Shown here piece by piece: positions 9,779 through 18,690 of a stretch of DNA of 64,000 nt. The notes beneath the pieces were generated by a model. The model was given only the letters and a program-made list of their open reading frames with translations, was not told the origin of the DNA and made no database searches. The stretch is from Obrimoposthia wandeli (Eukaryota), in NCBI GenBank assembly GCA_977020255.1, contig CDROCS010000506.1, positions 744,001 to 808,000 of the forward strand, in the 5' to 3' direction. A program made the position numbers and the translations under genes. Position 1 is the first letter of the stretch. The number at the start of each line of letters is the position of its first letter.

Positions 9779-9810
9779 ATTCATTTATTCATGTCTGTGA
9801 CTATAAATAC

Positions 9811-11871
9811 TTACTGACACACATCTAGATACTGCCAGACACTACTATAAGTGAAAGGGTCCAGACCCGCTGATGCTTGAAGCGCAGTAAACATATACCC
9901 ATTATATTGCACTATTTCACCGTAGTAATAGTTGTAATACGAGCTCCACTCTGGCACATAAGCACAGTTACCTTCAGGTTGTGGTAATGGTGGCGTTGGC
10001 GGCAGCGGTTGCTCACTATCGTTTCCATATGCTGTTAAGCTCACACCAGAAAAATCAGACTTACCCACGATTAATATATGATAACGATTTGCAGGAAAAT
10101 CTAAAAACAAGCAACTTTCAAATGTCCCGAGATTGGTAGACGCACAATCGTAATCACTTTCCGAAGGTTGGCGCTCGATCGCAATAAACATATCAACATC
10201 ACCTTGCCCCCCTTCAGTCTCAATAGTGACATAACCTTGTGTGGGTGCGTTGTTTAAAACAAAGCGTAAATTATCTCCGTAAGCGCCTTTAATTATCGCC
10301 GGTTTATGAAGTTCTAAATCAGTTTCACCGCTTGGTGTAGGTGGATTTGGCAAAGGATTTGGTGTTGGTACTGGTACTGGTACTGGTACTGAACCATCAC
10401 AATCCTGTGCAGTAACCCCAACTTGCTGAAATGCATTCATAACAGATTGTGTCTCATACCCCAACTGCTTTGCAGCCTGACAGACACCGTTAGCCCCTTC
10501 AACAAAGGTTGAACGTGGTTGCCAAAACAATTTATTCGCCGTTGCATATACTAAGAAAGCTTGCTTTATATCCCACCCTTGGCTCGTCGCTAAATGGTAA
10601 AATGCTTTATTGAAAACACCAGAGCTATTGTGCACATCCATACCGCTATAATACGCACTAGCATGTCCGATCGACGCGCCATCATTTTCAGGATTAATGA
10701 AAAAACGCATCGCTTCTGTCCGCTTCATGACATGTTCACCCATTTTCCAATTAAACGAACCATGGATGTAATAGCTCAAAGCAGCCGCTGCAACATCAGA
10801 AAATGATTCATTCATTCCACCCGACATACCGCGATATTCTAGGTTTGAATTTTGCTCGGTATAGCCATGACTCACTTCATGTGCAATAACATCCCAAGTG
10901 GCTAATGGATACATAGACCAGCCGCCATCACCAAACGTCATTTGTTGGCCATCCCAAAACGCATTACCGTAATCATTACCATAATGCACACGCATCTTAA
11001 GTTTTTGACGAATAGGTCGACTATTTAGCCAGTCACGATACATATCAAAAACACGCTGGCCAAAATATTGCGCATCGTTCATTGGCGCATAAGCACCATT
11101 AGCAGAACGAGTGAAATTAACAGGACAAGTGAATTGATGAATGCGCCCGCCAGATTGACGACTATTCATATCGATTGTAACGACATTAGGGCTATCCATT
11201 TGGCAATAATCATTTACTTCAAAGGTGCCAAATTTGGTCTCATTACCAAAATAATAACGTCCACTTTTTTGATTACCACCAGGTCCTTCAGCTTGCCTAA
11301 ACGCGATGCCATCCCAACGGTCTAGAATTCGACCATCTTTAGCATCCACAAACGTTATTGGGCGCGATGGTTCCATCCCCTCAGTTGTTAGATAAGAAAC
11401 TCTATATACTAATTGTGCAACATTCTGCTCATCCATAAGAATCATTAGATCTGCTGCATCTGTATCCGCTGATGCAACCAGACTTTTAGCATTTTTTTTA
11501 GACGCCCCTTGGGCAAGTGCAATAGCTTGTTCCTTATTGATGAACGGCAACATAGAGTCGATATCTTGCTCTATACCTTGCACCATTCGACCTGCAATTG
11601 GTTTGGCTATGCCCTGTTGATTTTTCAGTGATACCACCGACTCTCCATATATAGGAATACCCCGATATCGTTGCTGATGACGAATCCATTCCTTGCCTTG
11701 TTGTTGAGCTCGAGTTTGCTCAGTAAAGCTATATTCAGAGGCTTTTATACTCGTCACTGACGGGTTTAATAGTGCAGTAATGTCAACGTTCTCCACATTA
11801 ACAAAAGTCGCACTCTGTACCGAAAACGCCAAAGACGTCAATCCTAACAAGATAGTATGTTGTTTTTTCAT
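9811..11871 (-). CDS. Secreted M4 (thermolysin/vibriolysin-like) zinc metalloprotease with FTP/PepSY propeptide, PPC domain and C-terminal CBM5/12-like module
   Basis: Signal peptide, NAFWDG, HEVSH, GGMNESFSD, DVHNSSG; Pro-rich linkers; terminal VPEWSS..Y.YGEIVQYNG...W. Confidence 0.93.
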   Translation of the reverse strand: MKKQHTILLGLTSLAFSVQSATFVNVENVDITALLNPSVTSIKASEYSFTEQTRAQQQGKEWIRHQQRYRGIPIYGESVVSLKNQQGIAKPIAGRMVQGIEQDIDSMLPFINKEQAIALAQGASKKNAKSLVASADTDAADLMILMDEQNVAQLVYRVSYLTTEGMEPSRPITFVDAKDGRILDRWDGIAFRQAEGPGGNQKSGRYYFGNETKFGTFEVNDYCQMDSPNVVTIDMNSRQSGGRIHQFTCPVNFTRSANGAYAPMNDAQYFGQRVFDMYRDWLNSRPIRQKLKMRVHYGNDYGNAFWDGQQMTFGDGGWSMYPLATWDVIAHEVSHGYTEQNSNLEYRGMSGGMNESFSDVAAAALSYYIHGSFNWKMGEHVMKRTEAMRFFINPENDGASIGHASAYYSGMDVHNSSGVFNKAFYHLATSQGWDIKQAFLVYATANKLFWQPRSTFVEGANGVCQAAKQLGYETQSVMNAFQQVGVTAQDCDGSVPVPVPVPTPNPLPNPPTPSGETDLELHKPAIIKGAYGDNLRFVLNNAPTQGYVTIETEGGQGDVDMFIAIERQPSESDYDCASTNLGTFESCLFLDFPANRYHILIVGKSDFSGVSLTAYGNDSEQPLPPTPPLPQPEGNCAYVPEWSSYYNYYYGEIVQYNGYMFTALQASAGLDPFTYSSVWQYLDVCQ
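10367..10390. repeat. (GGTACT)x4 in-frame tandem repeat coding the VP-VP-VP-VP linker
   Basis: Four perfect 6-bp units read directly from the sequence. Confidence 0.9.
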
Positions 11872-12217
11872 AGTTGTTTTTTCCAATTTATTTTATATAA
11901 ATTATTTTATTTATTTTTATTGCTCCGCATTATCAACTAATTAAAATGGACCTCTAAGTAGGTATTTTTTAATTTATGAGCTTGATCAATAAAGTTTTTT
12001 TATAAAAAAATAAATAATGACAACTTGTCACGATAAGTTTAAGGTGAGCAAAGAGCGAAAATATAACTTAATGATATTTCGGGGTTTTAACGGCAGATAA
12101 TGGTATTTAATGAAATGTAGCGGAATATTGCGGAGTAAGTTAAACGTAAAAACTTAGAATAAGCGTATATAGACTCACTCATTAAGGAGTAAGTCTATAT
12201 TTTATATATATATGAAA

Positions 12218-13435
12218 CTAAGCTTGGTAACCAAATGGGTCATCAATCGAATGTGATGGTTGCGTAAACCACTGTGGTCCAGCATCTGTCATGTAGAAAT
12301 GATCTTCTAAACGAATACCAAACTTACCAGGAATAACCAACATAGGTTCATTACTGAAACACATACCTTTCACCAGTGGCGTCGTATCGTTACCCACTAA
12401 ATATGGCCATTCATGAATATCTAAGCCAATACCATGACCTGTTCGGTGCGGCAGACCCGGTAAATCATAACCCGGTCCAAAACCATCAGCTTCTAGGGAT
12501 ACGCGCGCGGCAGCATCCACATCCTGACAAGCAACATTAATCTGCGCTGCATCAAACGCGGCTTGCTGGGCATTTTTTTCACTTAACCAAGCAGCGCGCA
12601 CTTCGTCACTTGCTTCACCAAATACATAAGTACGCGTAATGTCAGAGTTATAGCCGTGTAACTGACAACCAGTATCAATCAATACTACGTCATCTTGTTT
12701 TAGGAATTGCGCATCTTTCACACCATGCGGAAACGAGCTCGCTTTACCAAACAACACAATGCAGAAATAAGAACCTTTTGGCGCGCCAACCACTTTGTGG
12801 GCTTGATGAATAAATTCTTCCACTTCTGTAGTACAAATATCTAAACGTAAGATACGTGCAGCGGCTTTATGCACTTCTAAAGTCATGTCTTTTGCACGTT
12901 GTAATAATGCAATTTCAGTGTCTGACTTTTGCTGACGACAACCTGCAGTCACCACTTTCGCATCGATATATTCAAACTGTGGATTAGCATGACGGATGTT
13001 ATTAAACATAAAGAAAGCGGTTGCTTCATCAATACCGACAACACCCGTTGTTACATTCAGTTGTGCAAGCACTTCACCAAACAACTGTGCAGGGCTTTCA
13101 TGTTCATGCCAGCAATGCAGCGGACCTTGTACAACCATGAATTCATTAATGGTATCTTGTTCAAAACGCGGTGCAATAAATTGAACATCACCGATAGCAG
13201 GTAATATTGCGCCAACCAGTCGTTCACCCGCGCCCCAACGCATACCAGTGAAGTAATACAAGTTTGTACCCGCATTAAGATAAATAGCGTTAATGCCTTC
13301 TCGTTGCATAATGGCTTGAGCCTGTACGATACGATCATTGAATTCTTGTAACGAGACAGCTTTAACGCTTGCAGTCATATCTGCCAGTTTAGCTAATTCT
13401 AATTCAGCAGTTGAACCACCAATACCAATAGTCAT
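12218..13435 (-). CDS. M24B Xaa-Pro dipeptidase/aminopeptidase
   Basis: SFPHG, DTGC..GYNSDITRT, HRTGHGIGLDIHEWP, FSNEP, GIRLED. Confidence 0.93.
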   Translation of the reverse strand: MTIGIGGSTAELELAKLADMTASVKAVSLQEFNDRIVQAQAIMQREGINAIYLNAGTNLYYFTGMRWGAGERLVGAILPAIGDVQFIAPRFEQDTINEFMVVQGPLHCWHEHESPAQLFGEVLAQLNVTTGVVGIDEATAFFMFNNIRHANPQFEYIDAKVVTAGCRQQKSDTEIALLQRAKDMTLEVHKAAARILRLDICTTEVEEFIHQAHKVVGAPKGSYFCIVLFGKASSFPHGVKDAQFLKQDDVVLIDTGCQLHGYNSDITRTYVFGEASDEVRAAWLSEKNAQQAAFDAAQINVACQDVDAAARVSLEADGFGPGYDLPGLPHRTGHGIGLDIHEWPYLVGNDTTPLVKGMCFSNEPMLVIPGKFGIRLEDHFYMTDAGPQWFTQPSHSIDDPFGYQA

Positions 13436-13523
13436 AAAAATCCTTATTATACAGCTTGATTAACGAGATATAGATGAATTCACTGTAGCATACCTTTATA
13501 GCGAGATGTAGCACCAAACTGCG

Positions 13524-14417
13524 CTAACTTAATTCTGCTTCACACTTGCTGCGTAACATATCGCGCAACATCAGCATAGCTGGTGTAACTTGAGTACGAT
13601 TAGGGCAGATTAGCCATAAACTAATAGGCGGAGAAGTAAAATCAGACAGTAATTTAACCACATTACCTTTACGTAAATCTGCCGCCATATCTAATCGTGA
13701 TTTCATCGTGATACCCTTCCCAGCCACGACCCACCGATGGACGACATCGGCATCATTACTCAAGCGATTACCCGACACTTTCACTGCATATTTTCCAGTA
13801 CTATCTGCAAACGGCCAGGTATCATAAGCGCGATCAGCAAAACGATAGAGCAAGCAGTTATGCTGTGTTAATTCACTTGGGTGTTTAGGCTCGCCGTATT
13901 GCGCTAAATAAGCTGGTGAAGCACACACCACCCGATCAATCTTAGCAATCAGAAATGCCACTAGCGATGAATCTTCCGGCTCACCATAACGTAATGCCAT
14001 ATCGACTTTATCATGGAAAAAATCCGCCAAACTATCGCCAACATTCAGCTGTATAGAAAGCTCAGGGTAAACATCCATCACTTCATCCAGCCAAGGTAAG
14101 ACGATATTCCGCCCTAAATCAGACGATGTTGATAAGCGAACTTCACCCGCAATTTTACCCTGCATCTGATTTAATGATGCCTTGCCTTTTTCTAGTGCAG
14201 CGAGTGCTTCCGTGCAGTGTAATAAATAACGCTCACCTTCAGCTGTAATACGCAGTTTACGTGTAGAGCGGATAAAGAGTTGTACGCCGAGCTGTTTCTC
14301 TAGGCGCTTTAAGGCAGCACTCGCTGCAGCCGGGCTCATGTCCAACTGCAATGCGGATGCGGTGATATTGCATGTCTGTGCTGTACGCACAAATAGAGTG
14401 AGATCTTGAATATTCAT
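13524..14417 (-). CDS. LysR-family regulator divergent from the ABM/nitroreductase genes
   Basis: HTH SPAAASAALKRLEKQLGVQLFIRSTRKL; PBP2 domain. Confidence 0.93.
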   Translation of the reverse strand: MNIQDLTLFVRTAQTCNITASALQLDMSPAAASAALKRLEKQLGVQLFIRSTRKLRITAEGERYLLHCTEALAALEKGKASLNQMQGKIAGEVRLSTSSDLGRNIVLPWLDEVMDVYPELSIQLNVGDSLADFFHDKVDMALRYGEPEDSSLVAFLIAKIDRVVCASPAYLAQYGEPKHPSELTQHNCLLYRFADRAYDTWPFADSTGKYAVKVSGNRLSNDADVVHRWVVAGKGITMKSRLDMAADLRKGNVVKLLSDFTSPPISLWLICPNRTQVTPAMLMLRDMLRSKCEAELS

Positions 14418-14527
14418 TATCAAATAATTTTTGAAACTGTTAGTTGCATTACCATCTTTTTAGAATAGCAATAATCAGTAATAATGTCGCCACTCACGCA
14501 ATACTTACCCATGAAAGGTAAATTTAT

Positions 14528-14821
14528 ATGACTACGCCATTAACCCTTGTCGCCAATATCGAAGCAAAAGCAGAACAAGTTGAGTTTGTCAAAAGTGAAC
14601 TATTAAAATTAGTTGCACCAACACGACTTGAAGCAGGTTGCATCCAATATGATTTGCATCAAGATAATAGCAATCCAGCGTTGTTTACTTTTGTTGAAAC
14701 TTGGGAAAGTAAGGCATTATTACAGGCTCATCTCAATAGCTCACATTTAGCAATGTATGTGCAAGCGACCGAAGGTGCTGTAATCAATTTTCAGTTAAAC
14801 GAAATCACTAAGATCGCATAA
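14528..14821 (+). CDS. Putative quinol monooxygenase (ABM domain)
   Basis: LVAPTRLEAGCIQYDLHQD...FTFVETWES...HL. Confidence 0.88.
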   Translation: MTTPLTLVANIEAKAEQVEFVKSELLKLVAPTRLEAGCIQYDLHQDNSNPALFTFVETWESKALLQAHLNSSHLAMYVQATEGAVINFQLNEITKIA

Positions 14822-14911
14822 GCAGCTAGAAAACTAGACCAGATTGCACATGATCACGACTTGTATACCTAAGCTACTTTATTATAAGTACAAATTTATT
14901 AAGGTTTTATT

Positions 14912-15568
14912 ATGACACACCAAATTATCAAAGATTTAAGCAACCGTTATACAACTAAAAAGTTTGATGCTACAAAAAAAGTATCGCAAGACGATCTTGC
15001 CGTGATCATGGAAGCAATGCGCTTATCAGCATCGTCAATTAACTCACAACCGTGGAAATTTATCTTTATCGAAAGCGATGCAGCAAAACAGCGTATGCAC
15101 AATACCTTTGCTAACAAATTCCAATTTAACCAACCACATGTAATGACGGCGTCACACATTATTATCTTTGCGCACAATCCTGCTTATACACGTGCAAACT
15201 ACGAAGCCGTGATCGACAAAGGAATCGAAGATAAACGTACTAAACCAGAAGACAAAGAAGCTGCATTTGGCGCATTTGCTTTTGTTGAATTAAACACAGG
15301 TGAAGATGGCGACACATCCGCTTGGACTAAAGCACAAACGTATCTAGCACTAGGTAACACGATGCACACATTGGCACGTTTGAATATTGATTCAACCCCA
15401 ATGGAAGGCATTGATACCGACTTAGTAAGCAAAGAATTTGCTGTCGAGTTAGACGGTTACGTAACAGATGTTGCACTTGCAATTGGTTACCGTGATGCAG
15501 AAAATGATTACAATATCGCACCACCTAAGTCACGCTTAGCAATGGCAGACGTGATCGTAAAACTGTAA
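14912..15568 (+). CDS. Nitroreductase (NfsB/FRase I-like)
   Basis: RYTTKKFD, SASSINSQPWKF, IDSTPMEGID, PKSRL. Confidence 0.92.
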   Translation: MTHQIIKDLSNRYTTKKFDATKKVSQDDLAVIMEAMRLSASSINSQPWKFIFIESDAAKQRMHNTFANKFQFNQPHVMTASHIIIFAHNPAYTRANYEAVIDKGIEDKRTKPEDKEAAFGAFAFVELNTGEDGDTSAWTKAQTYLALGNTMHTLARLNIDSTPMEGIDTDLVSKEFAVELDGYVTDVALAIGYRDAENDYNIAPPKSRLAMADVIVKL

Positions 15569-15601
15569 TATTTTCTAGTCTCGAATAAGCACTACAGTAT
15601 T

Positions 15602-15633
15602 ACCCCTTTGCAGCATATTGAGCTGCAAAGGGG
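15602..15633. terminator. Terminator hairpin between convergent genes
   Basis: acccctttgcagc...gctgcaaagggg. Confidence 0.8.
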
Positions 15634-15658
15634 TTCTATCAAATCGAAATAGCAATAA

Positions 15659-16606
15659 CTAATACAGCGCACTTCTATCCAACTCATTCTGCAATAATTC
15701 CCTACCATTGGTTTCAATATGCTTTAAAAAAGCAGACGCAATCAATGTCGGACGTTTCGATGTTAACCACAAGAAGAACCAATGAGAATCAATCGGTAAC
15801 TCCTTCACAGGCAAACGCACCAAACCACTTTGACCACCATAAGTAAGCGTATGAGCAGAAATAATGGTGATGCCTAATTTAGACATAACAGCGTGTTTAA
15901 TGGCTTCATTACTTTCGATTGTCATTTTTATATTCGGTTTCAAATCATGCTTTTTAAACAATTCTTCAATCGCGTATCGCGTACCCGAGCCTTTTTCTCG
16001 CATTAAAAAAGGTTCATCACACAAATCCGCTAAACTGATTGATTTACGCTTGCCGAGTGGATGGTCTTGATGGGCAATAGCCACCAAGGGGTTGTCTAAA
16101 AACTCAAGGCTTTGCGCATCAATATCTTGCGGTGGATGACTAAAAACATAAAAATCATCAACGCCCTGCTTCATCCGTTCAATGGTTTTCTCCCGATTAC
16201 CAATATTTAATTGAATATCAATGTCAGGAAATTGCTCGCAGAATGGTCCCAGTAAATGCGGAATAAAATACTTCGATGTAGTCACCACGGCCAACCTTAA
16301 AGTACCAGGTTTCACCTTACGAATATTACCCAGAGTCATGTCTAAACGCGCAAAGCTATCGAGTACTTCTACCGCGGTTTTCACTAACTCTAAACCCACA
16401 TCGGTAAAAACAAGCTGACGATTTACAAATTTATACAAGGGTTCGCCAATCGCATCGCTCAGTTTACGCATCTGAATTGACACGGTAGGCTGGGTTAAAA
16501 ATAACGCTTTAGCTGCTTCATTAATACTGCCCTGATCATGTACAGCCAACAAGATCTCAAGCTGCCTCATTGTGCCAACATGCGCGTGAATACGTGACTT
16601 CATCAT
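15659..16606 (-). CDS. LysR-family regulator, CbbR/CmpR-like
   Basis: LFLTQPTVSIQMRKL, TTSKYFIPHLLGPFC, FLMREKGSGTR, ESNEAIKHAV. Confidence 0.88.
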   Translation of the reverse strand: MMKSRIHAHVGTMRQLEILLAVHDQGSINEAAKALFLTQPTVSIQMRKLSDAIGEPLYKFVNRQLVFTDVGLELVKTAVEVLDSFARLDMTLGNIRKVKPGTLRLAVVTTSKYFIPHLLGPFCEQFPDIDIQLNIGNREKTIERMKQGVDDFYVFSHPPQDIDAQSLEFLDNPLVAIAHQDHPLGKRKSISLADLCDEPFLMREKGSGTRYAIEELFKKHDLKPNIKMTIESNEAIKHAVMSKLGITIISAHTLTYGGQSGLVRLPVKELPIDSHWFFLWLTSKRPTLIASAFLKHIETNGRELLQNELDRSALY

Positions 16607-16673
16607 AACTCCAAACTCGATTACCCTATTACTCTGTTATTGCTTACTAAAGTAAACTAAAAACAAACCACAT

Positions 16674-16721
16674 ATAGATATTAGTCTATAGCTTAGATAG
16701 ATAATATCTATTTTTATCTAT
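16674..16721. promoter_or_regulatory. Palindromic LysR-type boxes between the CbbR-like regulator and SulP
   Basis: ATAGA-tattag-TCTAT and ATAG-ataatat-CTAT inverted repeats in the divergent intergenic region. Confidence 0.55.
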
Positions 16722-16807
16722 TCTAATTTATTGCCATAATACTCTCGACTCAAACCATTAATAAAGTCAGCCCTTTCATTGCAGTTTTAGATACGGAGAT
16801 GTAGATT

Positions 16808-18451
16808 TTGTTGGGACAGCGTTTTGCAAGTATGAATTTAAAAGGTGATATATTTGGCGGTGTCACCACAGCGATCATCTCGCTACCATTGGCATTGGCC
16901 TTTGGTGTGGCCTCTGGCGCAGGTGCGGAAGCAGGTCTTTGGGGCGCCATTATGGTCGGCTTTTTTGCGGCGCTGTTTGGTGGCTCAACAACGCTAATTT
17001 CAGAGCCTACCGGACCAATGACAGTGATCATGACGGCTGTACTCACCAGCATGATGGCTAAATATCCTGAAACCGGTATGGCGATGTCCTTCACTGTCGT
17101 GATGATGGCGGGCGCCTTTCAAATATTACTCGGTACCTTAAAACTGGGGAAATATGTCACCTTAATGCCTTACAGTGTTATTTCAGGGTTTATGTCTGGT
17201 ATCGGCGTTATTCTCATCATCTTACAATTATCACCACTATTAGGTCATGCTGCGCCGTCAGGAGGGGTTACAGGTACCTTATCTGCCTTGCCGAATACCT
17301 TAGCCAATGTCAGTTTCAGCGAACTATTTTTAGGTTTACTCACTTTAGCTGTACTGTTTTATTTTCCCAAACAATACCGTAAATACGTGCCTGCTCAATT
17401 GGTCGCGTTAGTGGCTGTAACATTGTTATCAGTACTGCTTTTTGATACTGACAGTATCCGTCGCATCGGTGAGATACCAGCAGGCTTACCGTCATTAGTA
17501 TTACCGCATTTTAATGCCGATATGTTCACTACCATGGTTATTGATGCCTTAGTACTTGGCACGCTAGGCTGTATTGATACCTTGTTAACGGCGGTCATTG
17601 GTGACTCGTTAACACGTAAAGAGCATGATTCAGATAAAGAACTGCGCGGCCAAGGCATTGCCAACATGCTATCAGGATTATTCGGCGCACTACCAGGTGC
17701 AGGTGCAACGATGGGCACAGTGACTAACATACAAGTCGGTGCACGTTCACCGCTATCAGGCATGGTTAGAGCACTAGTATTAGCACTGGTGGTATTAGTT
17801 GCAGGCGGATTAACAGAACCCATCCCAATGGCGGTATTAGCAGGTATCGCTGTGTATGTGGGGTTTAATATTTTAGATTGGAGCTTCATTCAACGCGCGC
17901 ACAAGGTCAGTATTCAAGGTATGGCGATCATGTATGGCGTGATGTTCCTTACCGTATTTGTCGATTTAATTGTGGCAGTTGGTTTAGGTGTCTTTATTTC
18001 CAACATCATCATTATTGAGCAATTAAGTCGAGCACAAGCACGCCAAGTTAAAGGCATTAGCGATACTGATAACGATGTGCCATTGACCAAAACTGAACGC
18101 GCTATATTAGATAAAGCCAATGGCAAAGTATTATTTTTTTACTTATCAGGCCCGATGATATTTAGTGTATCCAAAGCAATATCGCGCCAGCATGCCAGCA
18201 TTGGCGATTATGATGTGATGATATTAGATTTAAGCGATGTACCTATGATAGATGTAACTGTCGGCCTGGCTCTGGAAAACGCCATAAAAGATGCATTAGA
18301 TGCTAACTGTGAGGTGTTATTGTTATGCCCTAATACCGATACACGTGAACGGTTAGAGAAATTGAACGTATTAAATTTAATCCCAAATGACAATCACTGC
18401 ACGTCGCGAGAGCAGGCATTACAATCAGCACTTGAGCATGTGGCAAGGTAA
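16808..18451 (+). CDS. SulP/SLC26 anion transporter with STAS domain, BicA-like
   Basis: GDIFGGVTTAIISLPLALAFG, LISEPTGPMTV, GAGATMGTVTNI, C-terminal STAS (YLSGPMIF...LDLSDVPMID). Confidence 0.9.
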   Translation: MLGQRFASMNLKGDIFGGVTTAIISLPLALAFGVASGAGAEAGLWGAIMVGFFAALFGGSTTLISEPTGPMTVIMTAVLTSMMAKYPETGMAMSFTVVMMAGAFQILLGTLKLGKYVTLMPYSVISGFMSGIGVILIILQLSPLLGHAAPSGGVTGTLSALPNTLANVSFSELFLGLLTLAVLFYFPKQYRKYVPAQLVALVAVTLLSVLLFDTDSIRRIGEIPAGLPSLVLPHFNADMFTTMVIDALVLGTLGCIDTLLTAVIGDSLTRKEHDSDKELRGQGIANMLSGLFGALPGAGATMGTVTNIQVGARSPLSGMVRALVLALVVLVAGGLTEPIPMAVLAGIAVYVGFNILDWSFIQRAHKVSIQGMAIMYGVMFLTVFVDLIVAVGLGVFISNIIIIEQLSRAQARQVKGISDTDNDVPLTKTERAILDKANGKVLFFYLSGPMIFSVSKAISRQHASIGDYDVMILDLSDVPMIDVTVGLALENAIKDALDANCEVLLLCPNTDTRERLEKLNVLNLIPNDNHCTSREQALQSALEHVAR

Positions 18452-18529
18452 CAAAATGACAGCTAAGATCTGTGCTAAGGTAAAGTAATGACCAGTGGGA
18501 TTGCCGATAAGAATTACTGCGGTTAAATA

Positions 18530-18606
18530 TGGTGTCCCCTACAGGATTCGAACCTGTGGCCTGCTCCTTAGGAGGGAGCCGCTCTATCCAGCTGAGCTAA
18601 GGAGAC
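18530..18606 (-). tRNA. tRNA-Arg (anticodon CCT)
   Basis: Reverse complement GTCTCCTTAGCTCAGCTGGATAGAGCGGCTCCCTCCTAAGGAGCAGGCCACAGGTTCGAATCCTGTAGGGGACACCA folds as a 77-nt cloverleaf with encoded CCA. Confidence 0.97.
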
Positions 18607-18690
18607 ACATAAGATAATGAGAACTATACTATATCCTTTCATTTATCGAAAGTACTTGGTGGTATTTTTGGATAGCTAATCACTCCAAAA

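Noticed and set aside
16750-18393. Long antisense ORFs over the SulP, PTS, malT and other genes (for example 17395-17889, 27482-27856, 44883-45644)
   Set aside because: Shadow frames of well-supported genes with no motifs, RBS or independent support.
18481-18510. GCCGATAA resembling a sigma-28 -10 box
   Set aside because: Spacing to TAAA is 18 rather than 15 nt and there is no plus-strand gene downstream.
18530-18550. tRNA-Arg 3' end as a possible island integration site
   Set aside because: I found no second copy of the tRNA 3' end and no integrase in the window.
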